A stretch of 64,000 bases of DNA, taken from Geosiphon pyriformis uo1 (Eukaryota > Fungi > Glomeromycota). The DNA lies in contig JAAOMT010000445.1 of assembly GCA_016748015.1 (NCBI GenBank), positions 434,001 through 498,000 on the forward strand, read 5' to 3'. Below are positions 51,476 through 64,000 of the stretch, piece after piece. Every line of letters starts with the position of its first letter. The stretch's first letter is position 1. A program made the translations under genes and the position numbers. Below the pieces are notes generated by a model. It saw only the letters and a list, made by a program, of their open reading frames with translations. It had not been told where the DNA came from and ran no database searches.

Positions 51476-54400
51476 TTCCAGTAAACATAGCTTTTAATAC
51501 ACAAAATGAATCTTACTAGATTTTTTAACTTCTTTAACCAATTACCATTTTACTTTTTGGAGAATATCATAAAATCTATACTTGATCAAAACCAATTACC
51601 ACCCAACAAATTTTTAAATCCAATAAACAAATCTGTTTAAAACATAAAATCTCAATCTCAAATATCTATATACCAAAAAAAATGAAAAAATTTCAAGTTA
51701 TATTTTACAATCCAAACAACTACCTCATTGTTTTATTAAATAAATTAGAAATTGGAATCATATATAGCAATATCTTTCAAAATGAAAACTTTCAGATGGT
51801 CAGCAATTTCATCAAAATTGTAAAACATACACTATTCTCAAATCCAAATATTATTGCTACTACTGAAAACTAACACTTTTTGAAAGAAAAACTCTTTCGA
51901 ATTAATATGAATTCTTTAAAACCTTAATAATAAAAACAATTGAAACAGTTAATAGCTGAATTCGCTGATATATTTGCAAAAAACAACAATGATTTGGAAA
52001 AAACTGATATTGTTCAACATCAAATCTACACAAAAAATACTTCACCAAAATAACAACAAGCCTATCAAGTTCTATCTGCTAGCCACTAATTTATTAGAAA
52101 AGAGATTCAAAGAATCAATAATAGATTAATCTAACTATCAAGAAGCCTATAAATCTTACCAGTAGTTTTGGTTAAAAAAAAAAATAGAAAAATCAGATTT
52201 TGCATTAACTATTACCAATTGAACAATGTGATAATTGAAGATGCCTACTCTTGTTCCAGAATTGATGACATGCTAGATGTCTTAGAAAAAATCAAGTTCT
52301 TCTCAACTTTAGACTTGAAAAGTAGATACTGACAAGTTAAAATAGATCCAAAAGATCGACTCAAAACAGCATTTACCACCCAAGAAGAAAACTATAAGTT
52401 CAATATTATGTTTTTTGGACTTTGCAATATATTAGCAATATTCCAGTGACTTATGAATGTTGTATATGAAAAACTTTTATGGCAATCAGTAGTTGTCTAT
52501 TTTGATAACACTGATGTGTATTTACCAAGTTTTGAAGCTTACCTTATCTACTTGTAAGAAGTTTTTCAATGATTACAGAAAGCAGAATTAAAGTTGAATA
52601 TTGAGAAATATCACTTTGGAAAAACAAGTCTAATTTTTTTTGGACACATTATTAGCAAAAATGAAGTTAAACCAAATTCAAGAACAATCAGTGCTGTTAA
52701 AAACTTTCAAACTTCCAAAAATACCACAGAGCTACAAAAATTTGTGGGATTAGCCTCCTATTATTAGAAATTCATAAAAAAATTTTCAGAAATTGCCAAA
52801 CTATTCAATTATCTTACCAACAAAAACATATCATATAAATGGACTAAAAAACAACAGAAAGCATTTGAAACTCTCAAAACAAAATTAACAACAGCCCCAG
52901 TTCTTGCTTACTCAAACTTCAACAAATAATTCTAACTAGTCACTAATGCTTCACACATAGCATTTGGTGTTATTCTATCATAATTAGATAAAAATGGCCA
53001 GGAACAAGTCATTGTTTATGTCAGTAGAACACTTAAACCAACAGAACTCAAATATAGTTCAACTAAATTAGAAGCTACCACAGTCATTTGGGCTCTTAAA
53101 TACTTTCAACAATACTTGAAGAATGGAAAAAAATTTGATATTTTAACTAACAATATTGGCCTTAAATGCCTCAATAAAAAGAAAACTGAACAAAGTGTTA
53201 AACAGTCTCAATAAAATAACTTTTTAGCAGACTACAAATATATTGTACATTATAAACCAGGAAAACTACACACTAATGTTGACAGTCTCTCAAGAATGAG
53301 ACAAGATTAATACCAACAACAATTCTACTACAACTTACCAACCTATTAACAAAAATAACTAAACAATAATAGATCTCAGAAATTACAACAACATTAAAAA
53401 CTATTTAAAGACTCTTACTATATTAGAAAATGGGTCTCCAAGTAAAAAACATCAATTATAATACCAATCAAAACAATATTTTATACACCATAACAAAATC
53501 TATTATAAAAATTGCAAAAATTTAAATCAACTACTCAGATTAGTACAAAAGAATGAAAAAGAAACAATTCTATACAACATGTACACAAATTTTTTCTCAG
53601 CACACTTGGGAAGAAATAGAACAATTCAAAGAACTTTTAAACATTATTTTTGGCCCCACATGCAAAAAGACATTTGACAATATGTAAAATTTTATGATAG
53701 TTGTCAAAAAAGAGAAGGAACTCGCCCCACAGAACTTTTAAATCCAATTAATGTTGGACAATCTTTTGACAGAATTGGAATTAATTTAGTCGGACCATTA
53801 CTTATTACAACTCAAGAAAATTATTATATTGCAGTTGTAATAGATTATCTCACCAAATGGTTTGAAATGAGAGTCATTTAAAGAGCAGATGCAAAATCAG
53901 TAGCAAATTTCATCTATGAAGACATTATTTGTAAACATAAATACCTAACTGAATTTTTATTTAATCAAGAAATACATTTTGTGAACAACTTAATACAAGA
54001 AATTTGTGAACAATTCAATGTCAAAAGACCTCTATTATTATTTTATTATCCCTAAACAAATGAACTTGTAAAATGGTTCAACAAAACATTATGTGAAGCT
54101 TTAGCCAAAATCTCAACAGATTTTGAGCAGAAATAGAATATCTTTATTCCATTAGTGTTATTAGCCTACAAAACACTAAAACAAGATACTATAAAGCACA
54201 AACTATTTGATCTTACTTATGAAAAGACAGCAATATTACCAATTAATTTTACAATAAAAACATATCCAGTGCAATCAATCAATGAAGAAAACTTTCAAAA
54301 AACACTTCAAAAAAAAGTCTACACTTTTCTTAGTACACTGAAAAGAAAAAAACAAATAGTAGCTACTTATATTAAACACTTCTAAGCTTAACAAAAAGAA

Positions 54401-55605
54401 AGACATGATAAAAAATTGCCACCAGTTATCAACAAATTTAAAGTTAAAAATAAAGTTTTCTTACATAAAACTAAGACTGAAAAACAATAGAGTAGAAAAT
54501 TTGAACATAAATGGAATAAACCATTTTATATTCATGAAATTTTAGGCAATAGATTATACAAATTAAGATTTGATGACAAAGTTCTAACAAAAGTTACACA
54601 TAGAGATAGATTGAAACACTATCATTTCAGAAACAATCCTGAACTATTAATTCTACAAATTGGTATACATTCCCCTTTAATTAATCCTGTAATATTTTCC
54701 AAAATTTAGAACCAATAGTTATAATAAAACAACAACTAAACTTGAATACTTAATTTAACATTTTATAATAACTTTTTTAAAATACACAAAACATAAACCA
54801 AAAATAATAAATAATTATAAGAAACATTCAAAACCAAAAACAAATAAAAACCTTATACTCAAAAATAATTTTCTTTATTTTTTTTCAAATTTCATTTATT
54901 AGTTAGTCATTTTTATCATAATTATTTCTCGAAATATTCAATAAATATCTTAAAAATTAATGTTAGCCTTGAAAATACTTCCTGATCTATCCATAATAAT
55001 TAATAAAAGTCAAATTAATTACATTCAAAAAAAAACCACAATACTAGTAGTAAATTATTCTTAGAATTATCACTTCTATAGAAGAAAAACAAAAAGCTAT
55101 TCTGGAATTCAGTTACCAAAACTGTTAAAGCAAGCACTAAAAAAAAATTTTTATTTGCCTCTATTAATATTTTACCAAATATTACAATATAACAAAAACT
55201 TTTACAACTTTTTAATGAACAGAACAATAACTATACCCTTATCTATAGATATTTTCACATTGGAAAAACACTTTATGAACGAAAACTGAATCTTGAAGCA
55301 ACAAACATCACTTCTGAAGCTATACAAAAACAAATTCACAATGAATTCAAGACAGCAGCTGAATCAACAAACATTTGCTACAAACTTAGAGCAGCATTTA
55401 GACTCTATAATTTATTTAACACTTGTAAAAATGTCTTACAAAAATTTAATACTTTAGCCAATAAAGATTCAATACATTAGAAAGCTCACAAAACTGAAAT
55501 TTCCACAGTTTTTAGATTAAATCACTTCAATTATTTTGGACCACTATCTTGACATTACAAATAATACTTAGACTTCAACAAAGCTCAGTCTTGAGGAAAA
55601 AATTA

Positions 55606-56580
55606 TGTTACCAGTAAAATTTTAGCTATTAATTAGCATGAAATCATCTTCATAATTCTTATTATTAATTAGCATATACTATTATCATTTGAATTATCAC
55701 TTATTATTTAATTAAATTATCAAATATTATTACTCAATTAATAACCTGATTTGTACTATAGAAATTAAGATAATCAAATTACACAATACTTTAAACCATT
55801 TAATATAGTTAAAAATTTGCCGAAATTGATAAAAAATTGGCCGAAATAATCAATAATTTGTAGAAATAACTTGGAGTATATTAAAATGTATTTTTAGTTT
55901 ACCAAAATTGAAGCAAAGAGAAAAATGCAAGTTCAAAGACTAGTGCTACAACAAGTTGTATAAAAGAAAAGCTTTTTTTTTCAAGAAAATGTATTTTTTT
56001 ATAGTATCTTATTATAATATATTACTTTAGATATCTTAATTATAACAAATTACTTTTTACAAAATCAAATAAAAATTAAATATTTGAAAATTAAATCCTT
56101 AAATTATTATACTTGAAATTTCTTTTACAACTAACATTTTGAAATTAATTAGCTACCAATTTCAGTAATCTGTTAGTGACTCCAGATCTGGATAGAAAAC
56201 GTTTTTCTTGTTAGAATTCTATTTTTTTTACATTTTTTTTATTTTTTTATTTTTTTTTCTTATCATAATTATTAAAATAGCCTACAGACAAAATTTTTGT
56301 AGAAAAGTTGACTTTTATAGCAAAGTAACTACACATTTTTTAGTGAGCTTCCAGATGAGCAATTCTTAAGAAAGAGTTGACATTTACTACAATGTAACTA
56401 CATAAAGCAACTGACATGGAATTAGCCATTTTACTTATAAGTCCAGCAGTTCAAATTATATGAGATAATTTGAAGATAAATTCAGTTATTAAAGATTCAA
56501 CTGCTTTCAAAAAACGTGAAATTAGCAACAGACAGACATTAACAAAATTTAAGAAAAGATACCAAAAATCTCTAATAATA
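55606..56580 (+). repeat. 3' LTR of inner element
   Basis: Follows the PPT, starts TGTTACCA, ends TAATAATA (terminal CA mutated to TA); direct repeat of 46863-47786. Confidence 0.9.
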
Positions 56581-59500
56581 ATGTCTTTGTTTGAATATTA
56601 TAAATTATATTTAACATCAATTTTGTGGACTTTTTTTGGTTTGATTTCTTGGTCATTGTTATTAAAATATTTAAGTTATAGGACTGGTTAATTTTTAATA
56701 AGATAGATTGAGATTGTTGCAATTTTTTTTAGTTTTTTCAAATTTAATTTTATATTCATTACTTTTACTTGACAGAGGAATACTAAAAGTATAATATTCT
56801 AAACATTATTGATCATCACAAAACATGACACATTCTTCATATAATTGAATATTCATTTGTTTTAATTATTAAATTTGAGCTTTTTTGGCCAAATAGATAT
56901 AGCTTGTAATTTGGTAATAGGTTTCTACTTTGTTTTCATAATTCAATTCAGCTAATTTTATAGTGTATTTAATATATTCAGCTTCTTTTATTTGGCAGAC
57001 AATTTTTTAAATTCTTTAATTAATTAAAATTATGACTAGTTTATAGATTATTTTGGTATTATGTAGATAATAGTAGAATTTGTTAAGGGCATTGTTATAA
57101 ACAACATCAAATGAGATTTTTTTTTTACTTTTTTAGTAATTGAAAGTACATATTAGCAAATTTGATCACAAACTTCTCTTTTTCATTGTAATATCAATCT
57201 AATTGTATTTTTTAAGTAATATTTTTTCACATGTTAAACAAAATTATTGTCCTATTTTTTATTTCTTTTTAGAAATTCAAATCATTTTTTATAACATGTT
57301 TTGCAGAAATAGCATGTTTGTTTTTTGTATTTCTCCTTTAGAGATGTGCAAGCTCTTATTTATAAAAGTTTTTTGTTGTACTCTTTGTATTTTAATAGAA
57401 TATATAGTAGTTTTTTTTGTGATTTTAGTGTAAAATAATAAACAATATTCTATTTTCTGGTTTTTTTAAAGATTTTCTGTTCTGTTTTCTTAGCCCAATT
57501 GAATATTAATCCAAAAGCCATGTATGTTTTAATAATTGGCAATTTTTTTTTTCAAATTTGAATACCAGGGCTTTTTTTGATTGTTTGTTAAAAGTATTAC
57601 AAATAGCAAGTACTCTACTGTATTGTTCTTAGTATAATATCTTGAATTTCTGAGTTTTTTATTTAAGTTTGCATTGACTTTGGGAAATCAATCATTTTTA
57701 ACAAGAGTTTAGTATTGGAGTACATCTATTATAAACACTTTAACTAAAATAATAATTTTATTAATTGTAAAAAAGAAATTGTCAATTTTTTCTATTGGAA
57801 TTTTTTTATATTATCAGCTGTAATGATGACTGTTTGAGCTGGTTAGTTCGCATTTTATTTGAGTTGTTGTATCAATTAGTAAGTGATAATACTTCTAGCA
57901 AATCCACTATCTAAGATTAAACAAATTAGATTTCTTTCTACTTTGGTTTTAGTATACATAGCTGTAATTGCTTTTTGTTCATTGACTTCTGTATTGCTAA
58001 ACAAAAATGGTGATTTATTTGCTTTAAATTCAAAAAGAAAAATATCTGAGAGATTGGTGTTTTTAGCAATTTTTGCTAATGAAATCATATTACTGGAAAA
58101 ATTTAATCTTAATATTGCAGTTTTATTTTCAAAAAATGCAGTTTGTTGAAAATTCTGTTCCTTAGACATAGTTAGATAATTGAATTGAGTGTAATAGTGA
58201 TTGGATTTTTGTTGAATTGTTTTAAGGAATCAATTGATTGTTAGAATTAATTCTGTTGTTGTTTGTTGTAAAGCAATTTTAAGATACAAATTGGTTTTGT
58301 TGTACCAATTTTCTGGTTGGTACTTGGTATTGTTAAGTAAGTAGTATTTGATATTGTTAAACCTGTGGCTTATATTATTGTTGTAGAACAGGTTAATAAT
58401 AATTGTTTTGTTGTTAAAATCTTGAAGAATTATAAGTTGATGGCAGAAATTGGTAATAAAATTGCTGAGGTTAGAAGTAACATTGATTATTTTTAAATTA
58501 TTAGTCTCTTTGTATTTTTCTACAATTTCATTTTCAGTGTTCTGAAATTTCACAATAATGGCAATTTTATGGTTAATTGTTGAATGATGATAAAAAAAAG
58601 TTGTTCTAATTTTATTATTGTAATAATTAATTTGTAAAGTAGTTTTCTATTTTTTTAGTAAGTTGATCAATTTTTTTTTCAGCTGCTAATTTGGTTTTAC
58701 TGATTGTAAGATTGACAAGTTTGATGCAGTTTGCTTCTTTTATTGCTATTTTGTAGTTTTTTGCATGTTAAATAACTGTAGCCAAGTCTTCTAAAGCATG
58801 TAGACAAACTTTTTTGATGAGTTTATTTTTTAATCTTGCAATAAATTGATCCAAAATCTGGGTATTGAAATAGTAATCATTGGTTTCTAATTGTTAAATT
58901 TGTTGAAGAAACTTGTTAAACTTTTCAAGATAGGTTATAACAGATTCAGCTGGTTCTTGTTTGATGTTTTAGAATTGGTTTCAAAACGTAATAGAAGTGT
59001 TGTTGTTAGTAAATTGTTTTAGGAAAGCATTTTTGAATGCTTGCCAAACTTTAAAGAATTCAACCAAGTTTTTGAATCATTCATCTGTAGTCCTTTAAAA
59101 AAAATAAGAAATGGCTTTAAGCATTCTGACAGCAGTCTATTCATTTACATTTTCTGCTTTCTGGACTTTATTAAATCATTCCTGTGGACTGGTGTTAGTA
59201 TTTTTTCTGTAAATTCAGTAATTTTTGCAATATAGATAGTTGTTATTTTTTTAGTATCTTTGTTTTCAATGGTTTTTTTTTCTGTAAATTTTGAAATGTC
59301 TTTACTATTATTAGAGTAATTGCTTTGGTTTTTTGCTAAGAAATCAAAAAGATTAGTACTGGTGAATATTGGTTTAAACTGTTGTATTAGACTTTTTGGT
59401 AAAATAAAATTTTCTGGTTTTGAAAACTAAATAAGAAATAAATTTGGTGTTTGTGATTAAACAAAAAAAATTGAAAATAGAGTGACAAAAAGTGGTAATT

Positions 59501-60151
59501 TCGAATTAGTTCTTGGTTTAGGTGTTTATAGGTGTTTAAAAATTGTATTTGATGTGTTGAGTATTGTTTGAATTGGTCAGGTGTTTTTTTTTGTTTTTTC
59601 TACTTGTTTCGAGTTCAGATTGTGAATTAGCAAGATATTTTTTTTTGCAAAATTTGATAAATTTGTAATTTAATTTTTCAAAGTAAGTAGCATAGTTGTT
59701 AGCACTAATGTTTTCTGAATTTCTGTTTAAATAGTAAATGAGATATTCAAGAAGGTTTCATTTAATTTTTGTAATATTGTAGTTTCCAAAAAAATAATTG
59801 TTGATTTTGTTTTCAATGTATTAGAAAAGTGTTTTCTTAAAAGCTGTGATTCTATTTTGGATTTCAAATTGTTGTTTACAATATGTATAAATTGATTGAT
59901 AGTACTTTAGAGTTAAAATATTTGAAATAGTTACTTCTTTGAATTTATTGTTGCTGTGTTATTTTTATGAGAAAGCACCAAATATTACCAAAAGATTTTG
60001 ATCTCTTTTTTTGAATGTTGTTAATGCTTAATTGCTGTAAATTCACATTTTCTGGAAGTAGTTCAATTTCTGATAACTGAATTTATTTTTAAATTATCTT
60101 CTATAATTTGAACTGCTGGGCTTATAAGTAAAATGACTAATTCTATATTAG

Positions 60152-63135
60152 TGTTATAGGTAATTATTTAGGTGTTGGAGTAAATAACAAACTTATAATT
60201 TGGTGCTCAATAACTATTTTGAATAATGTTGGTATTACAGTTCAAGAATTTAATAAGAATTATAAATAATATAAATTAGCCAATCATGAAATAGCACAGC
60301 AACAATTTATAAAAAGAAATGATTTACAAATAACAGCAAGCACTATCATGCAATAACAGCAAGCACTATTTTACAATAGCAGCAAGCACTATCATGTAAA
60401 AGCAGTAAGCATTATTTTACAATAACAGCAAGCACTATTTAAAAATAACGGAAATAGAGTATTATAAGACATTATTTTGTAAAACAATAATTATATATAT
60501 ATACAATAATTTTAATGATGAAAAATTAAACAAGCTTCAACTAAAAGCAACAAATATCTAAATAAAATCTTATTCAAAAAGAATTAATAAAAATAATAAA
60601 TTGAATAAACATCACAATTACAAGATTAACAATAAAATTCACATAACCTCTCTAGCAAATGAAACTATTATTCCATCTCTGAACCCTTTGAAAGAATAAT
60701 CTCTGATCAAGATTATTTACATGGTTACTAATTAAATTGAAAAAGCTTTATTATATACTTAGAGAAATTGCAAAAAGGCTATTAACATTCCGTGTTTCTA
60801 AATTAGAGAAACACATTAGGCAATTGCAAAGATAGCCTCAAAAAAGACCCCAAACAGTAGGTAGATTTCAAATTAGCCTCTGAGAAGGAGTACACAACAT
60901 ACAAAGACAACTAGAATTAAAGAGAAAACTTACATCACAACATTAAGAAAAAACCTTTAGTACATTATCATTAATATCCAACACATAAAATAGAGAAATT
61001 CATGAGAGATTGATTGCAATTAAAATGGGAGATCAACAATTAAAATATACCAAAAAAACACTCTCATAACATTTGGTGAACTCTACGAGAAAAGAAAATT
61101 AAAAAAAACTAATAATTAGCAATAATTCATTGCTAAAAAAAGAAGAAACAAAAGTGGCAACAAAAACCCCTACCCTTACTGTTCTTGAATTCTGTCATGT
61201 TATTTACACACAAAATCAAAGTGATTTTAGATTACCAGAAGGGTGTTGTTCAGCAGAATCTGTTCTCACTTATTATATTAATGCCAGAATAAATTACCAT
61301 ATAAAAAAAGAAGAAGAACTACATGATGCGAAACTTGGATTGTATAGAGAATTATCACAATACACTACAAAGGAAGTAGCAGTAATAGCCATAACTATTG
61401 TCAAAATCCATTACAAAATTGAGCAATATGCCAACAAAAAACACGTCCACAATTCAGAAATTAATCACAAAAAAAACCAGTAAAAACTAAGAACACTTGC
61501 TCAAACACCAAAGAAAACTGTCACTCAATCAATAAAGAAACAATGTACTTATTTACCTGAAAATAAATCATACTATTTTTCACCAGAAAATAAGATACAA
61601 ATTTCATTAGAAGCTGTATCATTATCAACATCAACTCCACAAACACCAAGAACTTCTAGTTATACTGATAAAATTAAACAACGTAACTGAAAAGACATAC
61701 TAATTACAGAAGGATATTTATCACTATTCTAAAACCCTTTTTTTCAGCCAAAATTCGGAATAGGGTTTGAAAACCGTGAAGAGAAATCTGAATCGGAATC
61801 CAAAAAAGAGACCAGTAAAAAAACAATTACAAGACCAGTTACTGGAACAAGCAGCCAGTTCAGAAACCAAGAAACTTGTGATCAAGAAAAAGAACTGGAT
61901 ATAAGAAAAACCACCTTTAAGAATGCTCAAGAAAATATTATTCCACCTTCTCTTATACCAATAAGCTGACCAGCAGAAAACGGTGATGAAATGGCCACAC
62001 TATACATCACAAGACTAACAGATTTCTTAGAAGAGGAAGAAAAAATGGACATGCACACATGGCTCAGAGAAGTGCAAAAAGCCATCTAGGCAAATAACTG
62101 GAGTGACCAAAAAGCAATCCAAATGTTACCTTTCTTCCTAAAAGGCACTGCCAACTCATGATATCAAAGCTTAGAAACAAAACTCATGAGCTTCACCAAA
62201 TTCAAAGATGCACTTTTAGAGTATTTTAGCAATCCAAATGCTGTAATCCAACTACAGAACAAATTCAATACTATCAAGCAAAGTACAAGTGAAACTGTTA
62301 CCCAATATCTTGCTTGATTTAATCAAATTTGCCATCAGATTGAAGCAATTGAGCAAAGATACTATACCAATTCTCAGGTTTTAAATCAATTTATTAGAGA
62401 ATTAAAAAGCAGCATTTTAGGAAAAATATGTTCTGTCCACTCTAATTCATTATCAGAAGCTGTTACACTTGCCAAAGTCTTTGAATCGGCTAAGAAAAAA
62501 GCTAAACATAGTCAAATGGTTAACATGATAATTGAGAAAAACAAGACAGAAACTTTAGAGAAGAAAGTAGCACAATTAGAGGAGAAACTCTCTAAAAAAA
62601 TAAAAAGTTATCTCACCTCGGACCCAGAAAGAAATAATACATACCAACCACCTCAGAGACACAACCAGGAATTCAGTAGCAGTCAAAATAATTGCTCATC
62701 GCACCAGAACTTCAAAACAGAAATGTGCACCTGCCATTTTTGCAAATATGTAGAACATTTGATTAGTCAATGTCAAATGCGAATGATGCACGAGGCATGC
62801 GAGAATAATTATTACGTGCCACCCCAAATGCCCAGAAATCAATACACGCCAATATTACATCAATACCCCATTATGTACCAAAATCAAAGAACTTACCAGC
62901 AACAGCCCATGATAGCCAACCAAAATTGATGTCTTAAGCCCCAAAATCAGCCCATGTGGAATCAAAATATGTTGGTTCAGAGAAACCCAAACCATGTAGA
63001 ACCTAATCAGCAAACAAATGCAAACTACCCAAACTACCTAAATTTCCAGCCAACTTACTTTAATATATTGAAAAACTTAAATCTCAGTGTTACCTGAGTA
63101 GAAAAACCGATCCAAAGTTATGAAGAAATGTGACC
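60152..63135 (+). mobile_element. Third LTR retrotransposon (different LTR family): 5' LTR + gag, truncated
   Basis: LTR 60152-61071 with inverted termini TGTTAT...ATAACA; PBS tttggtgaac; gag-like WLREVQKAI*ANNWSDQKAIQMLPFFLKGTA (~62060); CCHC knuckle CHFCKYVEHLISQC (~62735); no pol seen before the repeat at 63140. Confidence 0.8.
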
Positions 63136-63139
63136 AAAA

Positions 63140-63335
63140 TGTGACATAACACAGAATAATGCGAAATAACGTTGAATAATGCGTTATAACGTTGGATAAC
63201 ATGTTATAACACAGAATAACACAGAATAGCATGCAATAACATAGGATAACGTGTTATAATGCAGGATAACACAGAATAACATGTAATAATATCAGATAAC
63301 ATGTTATAACATAAAATAACTAGCAATAACATAGA
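63140..63335. repeat. Degenerate 10-bp tandem array (acagaataac / gcgttataac variants)
   Basis: About 19 imperfect decamers, most ending in ATAAC or ATAAT. Confidence 0.8.
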
Positions 63336-63490
63336 AAAACGAAGCAATAAGAGAAACAACAAAACAATAGCTAGTGATAGCAAGACAATTGAAACCAATC
63401 CTGTAAAACCAAAAGAATGTATAAAAGCAAGTAATTGTACAAGTAAGAAAGGACAGAGAAAAAAATAGATATGAACCTCTAGACCAGAAA

Positions 63491-63900
63491 TTAAAATATC
63501 CATACCCCTTTATCCTTTATTATCTTCCCTATTTCATCTCCTGAAGTAAACCAATTATTAAAAGAAATCAGAATCACGAATTCATGTTCTTGAACTTCGT
63601 AGAATTTACATGAATTAACTCTTGTCTCATACCTCCGTTTTAGAACAGATGCTTTTAGCATAACCGCCTCAAACCTATTAATAATTTGGACCAATTGCTC
63701 TTGATCACGGTGATTGATGATACTAATTTATCTTTTCTCACTTTTCTTTTTTTTTCTTTTTCTTTTTCTTTCTTTTTCTGTCTTAATTTTTTTGTAGAAC
63801 GGCAACATAGTAAAATCGACTGTTTGGGAATAGACTTCGTGATAGTCTGGTAAAAGAGGGAAGCTCCCCCTAAGTTTTGGATATTAACATTATCTTGTTA
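63491..63900 (-). other. Possible coding or pseudogene fragment running off the window edge
   Basis: One frame reads QDNVNIQNLGGASPLLPDYHEVYSQTVDFTMLPFYKK(K/R-rich)*ISIINHRDQEQLVQIINRFEAVMLKASVLKRRYETRVNSCKFYEVQEHEFVILISFNNWF...; CpG retained; no family recognised. Confidence 0.3.
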
Positions 63901-64000
63901 ACTTACCAGAAGGGCAAAAAAACAACACCAGACCCTAATGACTGTGCTCGTTAGCTCGGACAAGAAAGCTCACATTTACGAAAAACATTGCAATCAACGA

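Larger units (their letters stand above)
46863..56580 (+). mobile_element. Full-length but decayed inner Ty3/gypsy element: gag-PR-(Cys-rich insert)-dUTPase-RT-RH-IN-extra 3' ORF
   Basis: LTRs 46863-47786 and 55606-56580; PBS tttggtgctc 47787; gag zinc knuckle CHYCGILEHWK*DC ~49145; protease LILNSG ~49795; dUTPase 51080-51475; RT YFDN (YLDD-equivalent) ~52498; RNase H ~52930-53300; integrase IGINLVGPL ~53775; PPT gaggaaaaaa ~55593; 4-bp TSD GTGT/ATGT. Confidence 0.92.
41589..60151 (-). mobile_element. Outer Ty3/gypsy LTR retrotransposon (decayed), split by a nested insertion and with an interrupted 5' LTR
   Basis: 3' LTR 41589-42546 with adjacent PPT; integrase ~43500-44450; RNase H/RT ~44760-46050 (LLRINNML...LNLESRYWQVEI...KTAF); dUTPase split at 46862/56581; protease LILDSGFARSII ~57900; gag ~58700-59900; PBS tttggtgc at 59975-59982; partial 5' LTR 59983-60151. 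Confidence 0.85.

Noticed and set aside
63196-63207. ATAACA-TGTTAT resembling an LTR-LTR circle junction of the third element
   Set aside because: Only 12 bp, recurs within the decamer array, and the flanks do not match LTR sequence.

Overview
AT-rich, intron-containing fungal DNA. The gene and transposon repertoire resembles Glomeromycotina (arbuscular-mycorrhizal lineage, Geosiphon/Ambispora-like); this is inferred from family resemblance only. 1-28 kb is gene-poor: microsatellites, six N gaps (11.0-15.3 kb) that break a two-component receiver-domain gene, two Tc1/mariner relics, small pseudogenes and a candidate secreted peptide. 29-37.6 kb holds the only two complete genes, head-to-head ~2.5 kb apart. 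The first (- strand, 5 exons, 749 aa) has an MLKL-type N-terminal four-helix bundle, a pseudokinase and Sel1-like repeats. The second (+ strand, 10 exons, 891 aa) is a receptor-like membrane protein with a signal peptide, an Ig-like ectodomain and a multi-TM tail carrying XK/Xkr-scramblase-like motifs (DxxxD and ExxPQ). An inverted decayed copy of the four-helix-bundle exon lies at ~24 kb. 38.4-63.3 kb is decayed transposon sequence: a 5'-truncated LINE (RT-RNase H-zinc finger) and three Ty3/gypsy elements. One complete dUTPase-bearing element is inserted into the dUTPase of an opposite-strand relative, whose 5' LTR is interrupted by a third element. Best candidate novel system: the divergent MLKL-like / Xkr-like receptor pair as a possible immune or cell-death module (hypothesis). 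All exon models were built by hand.
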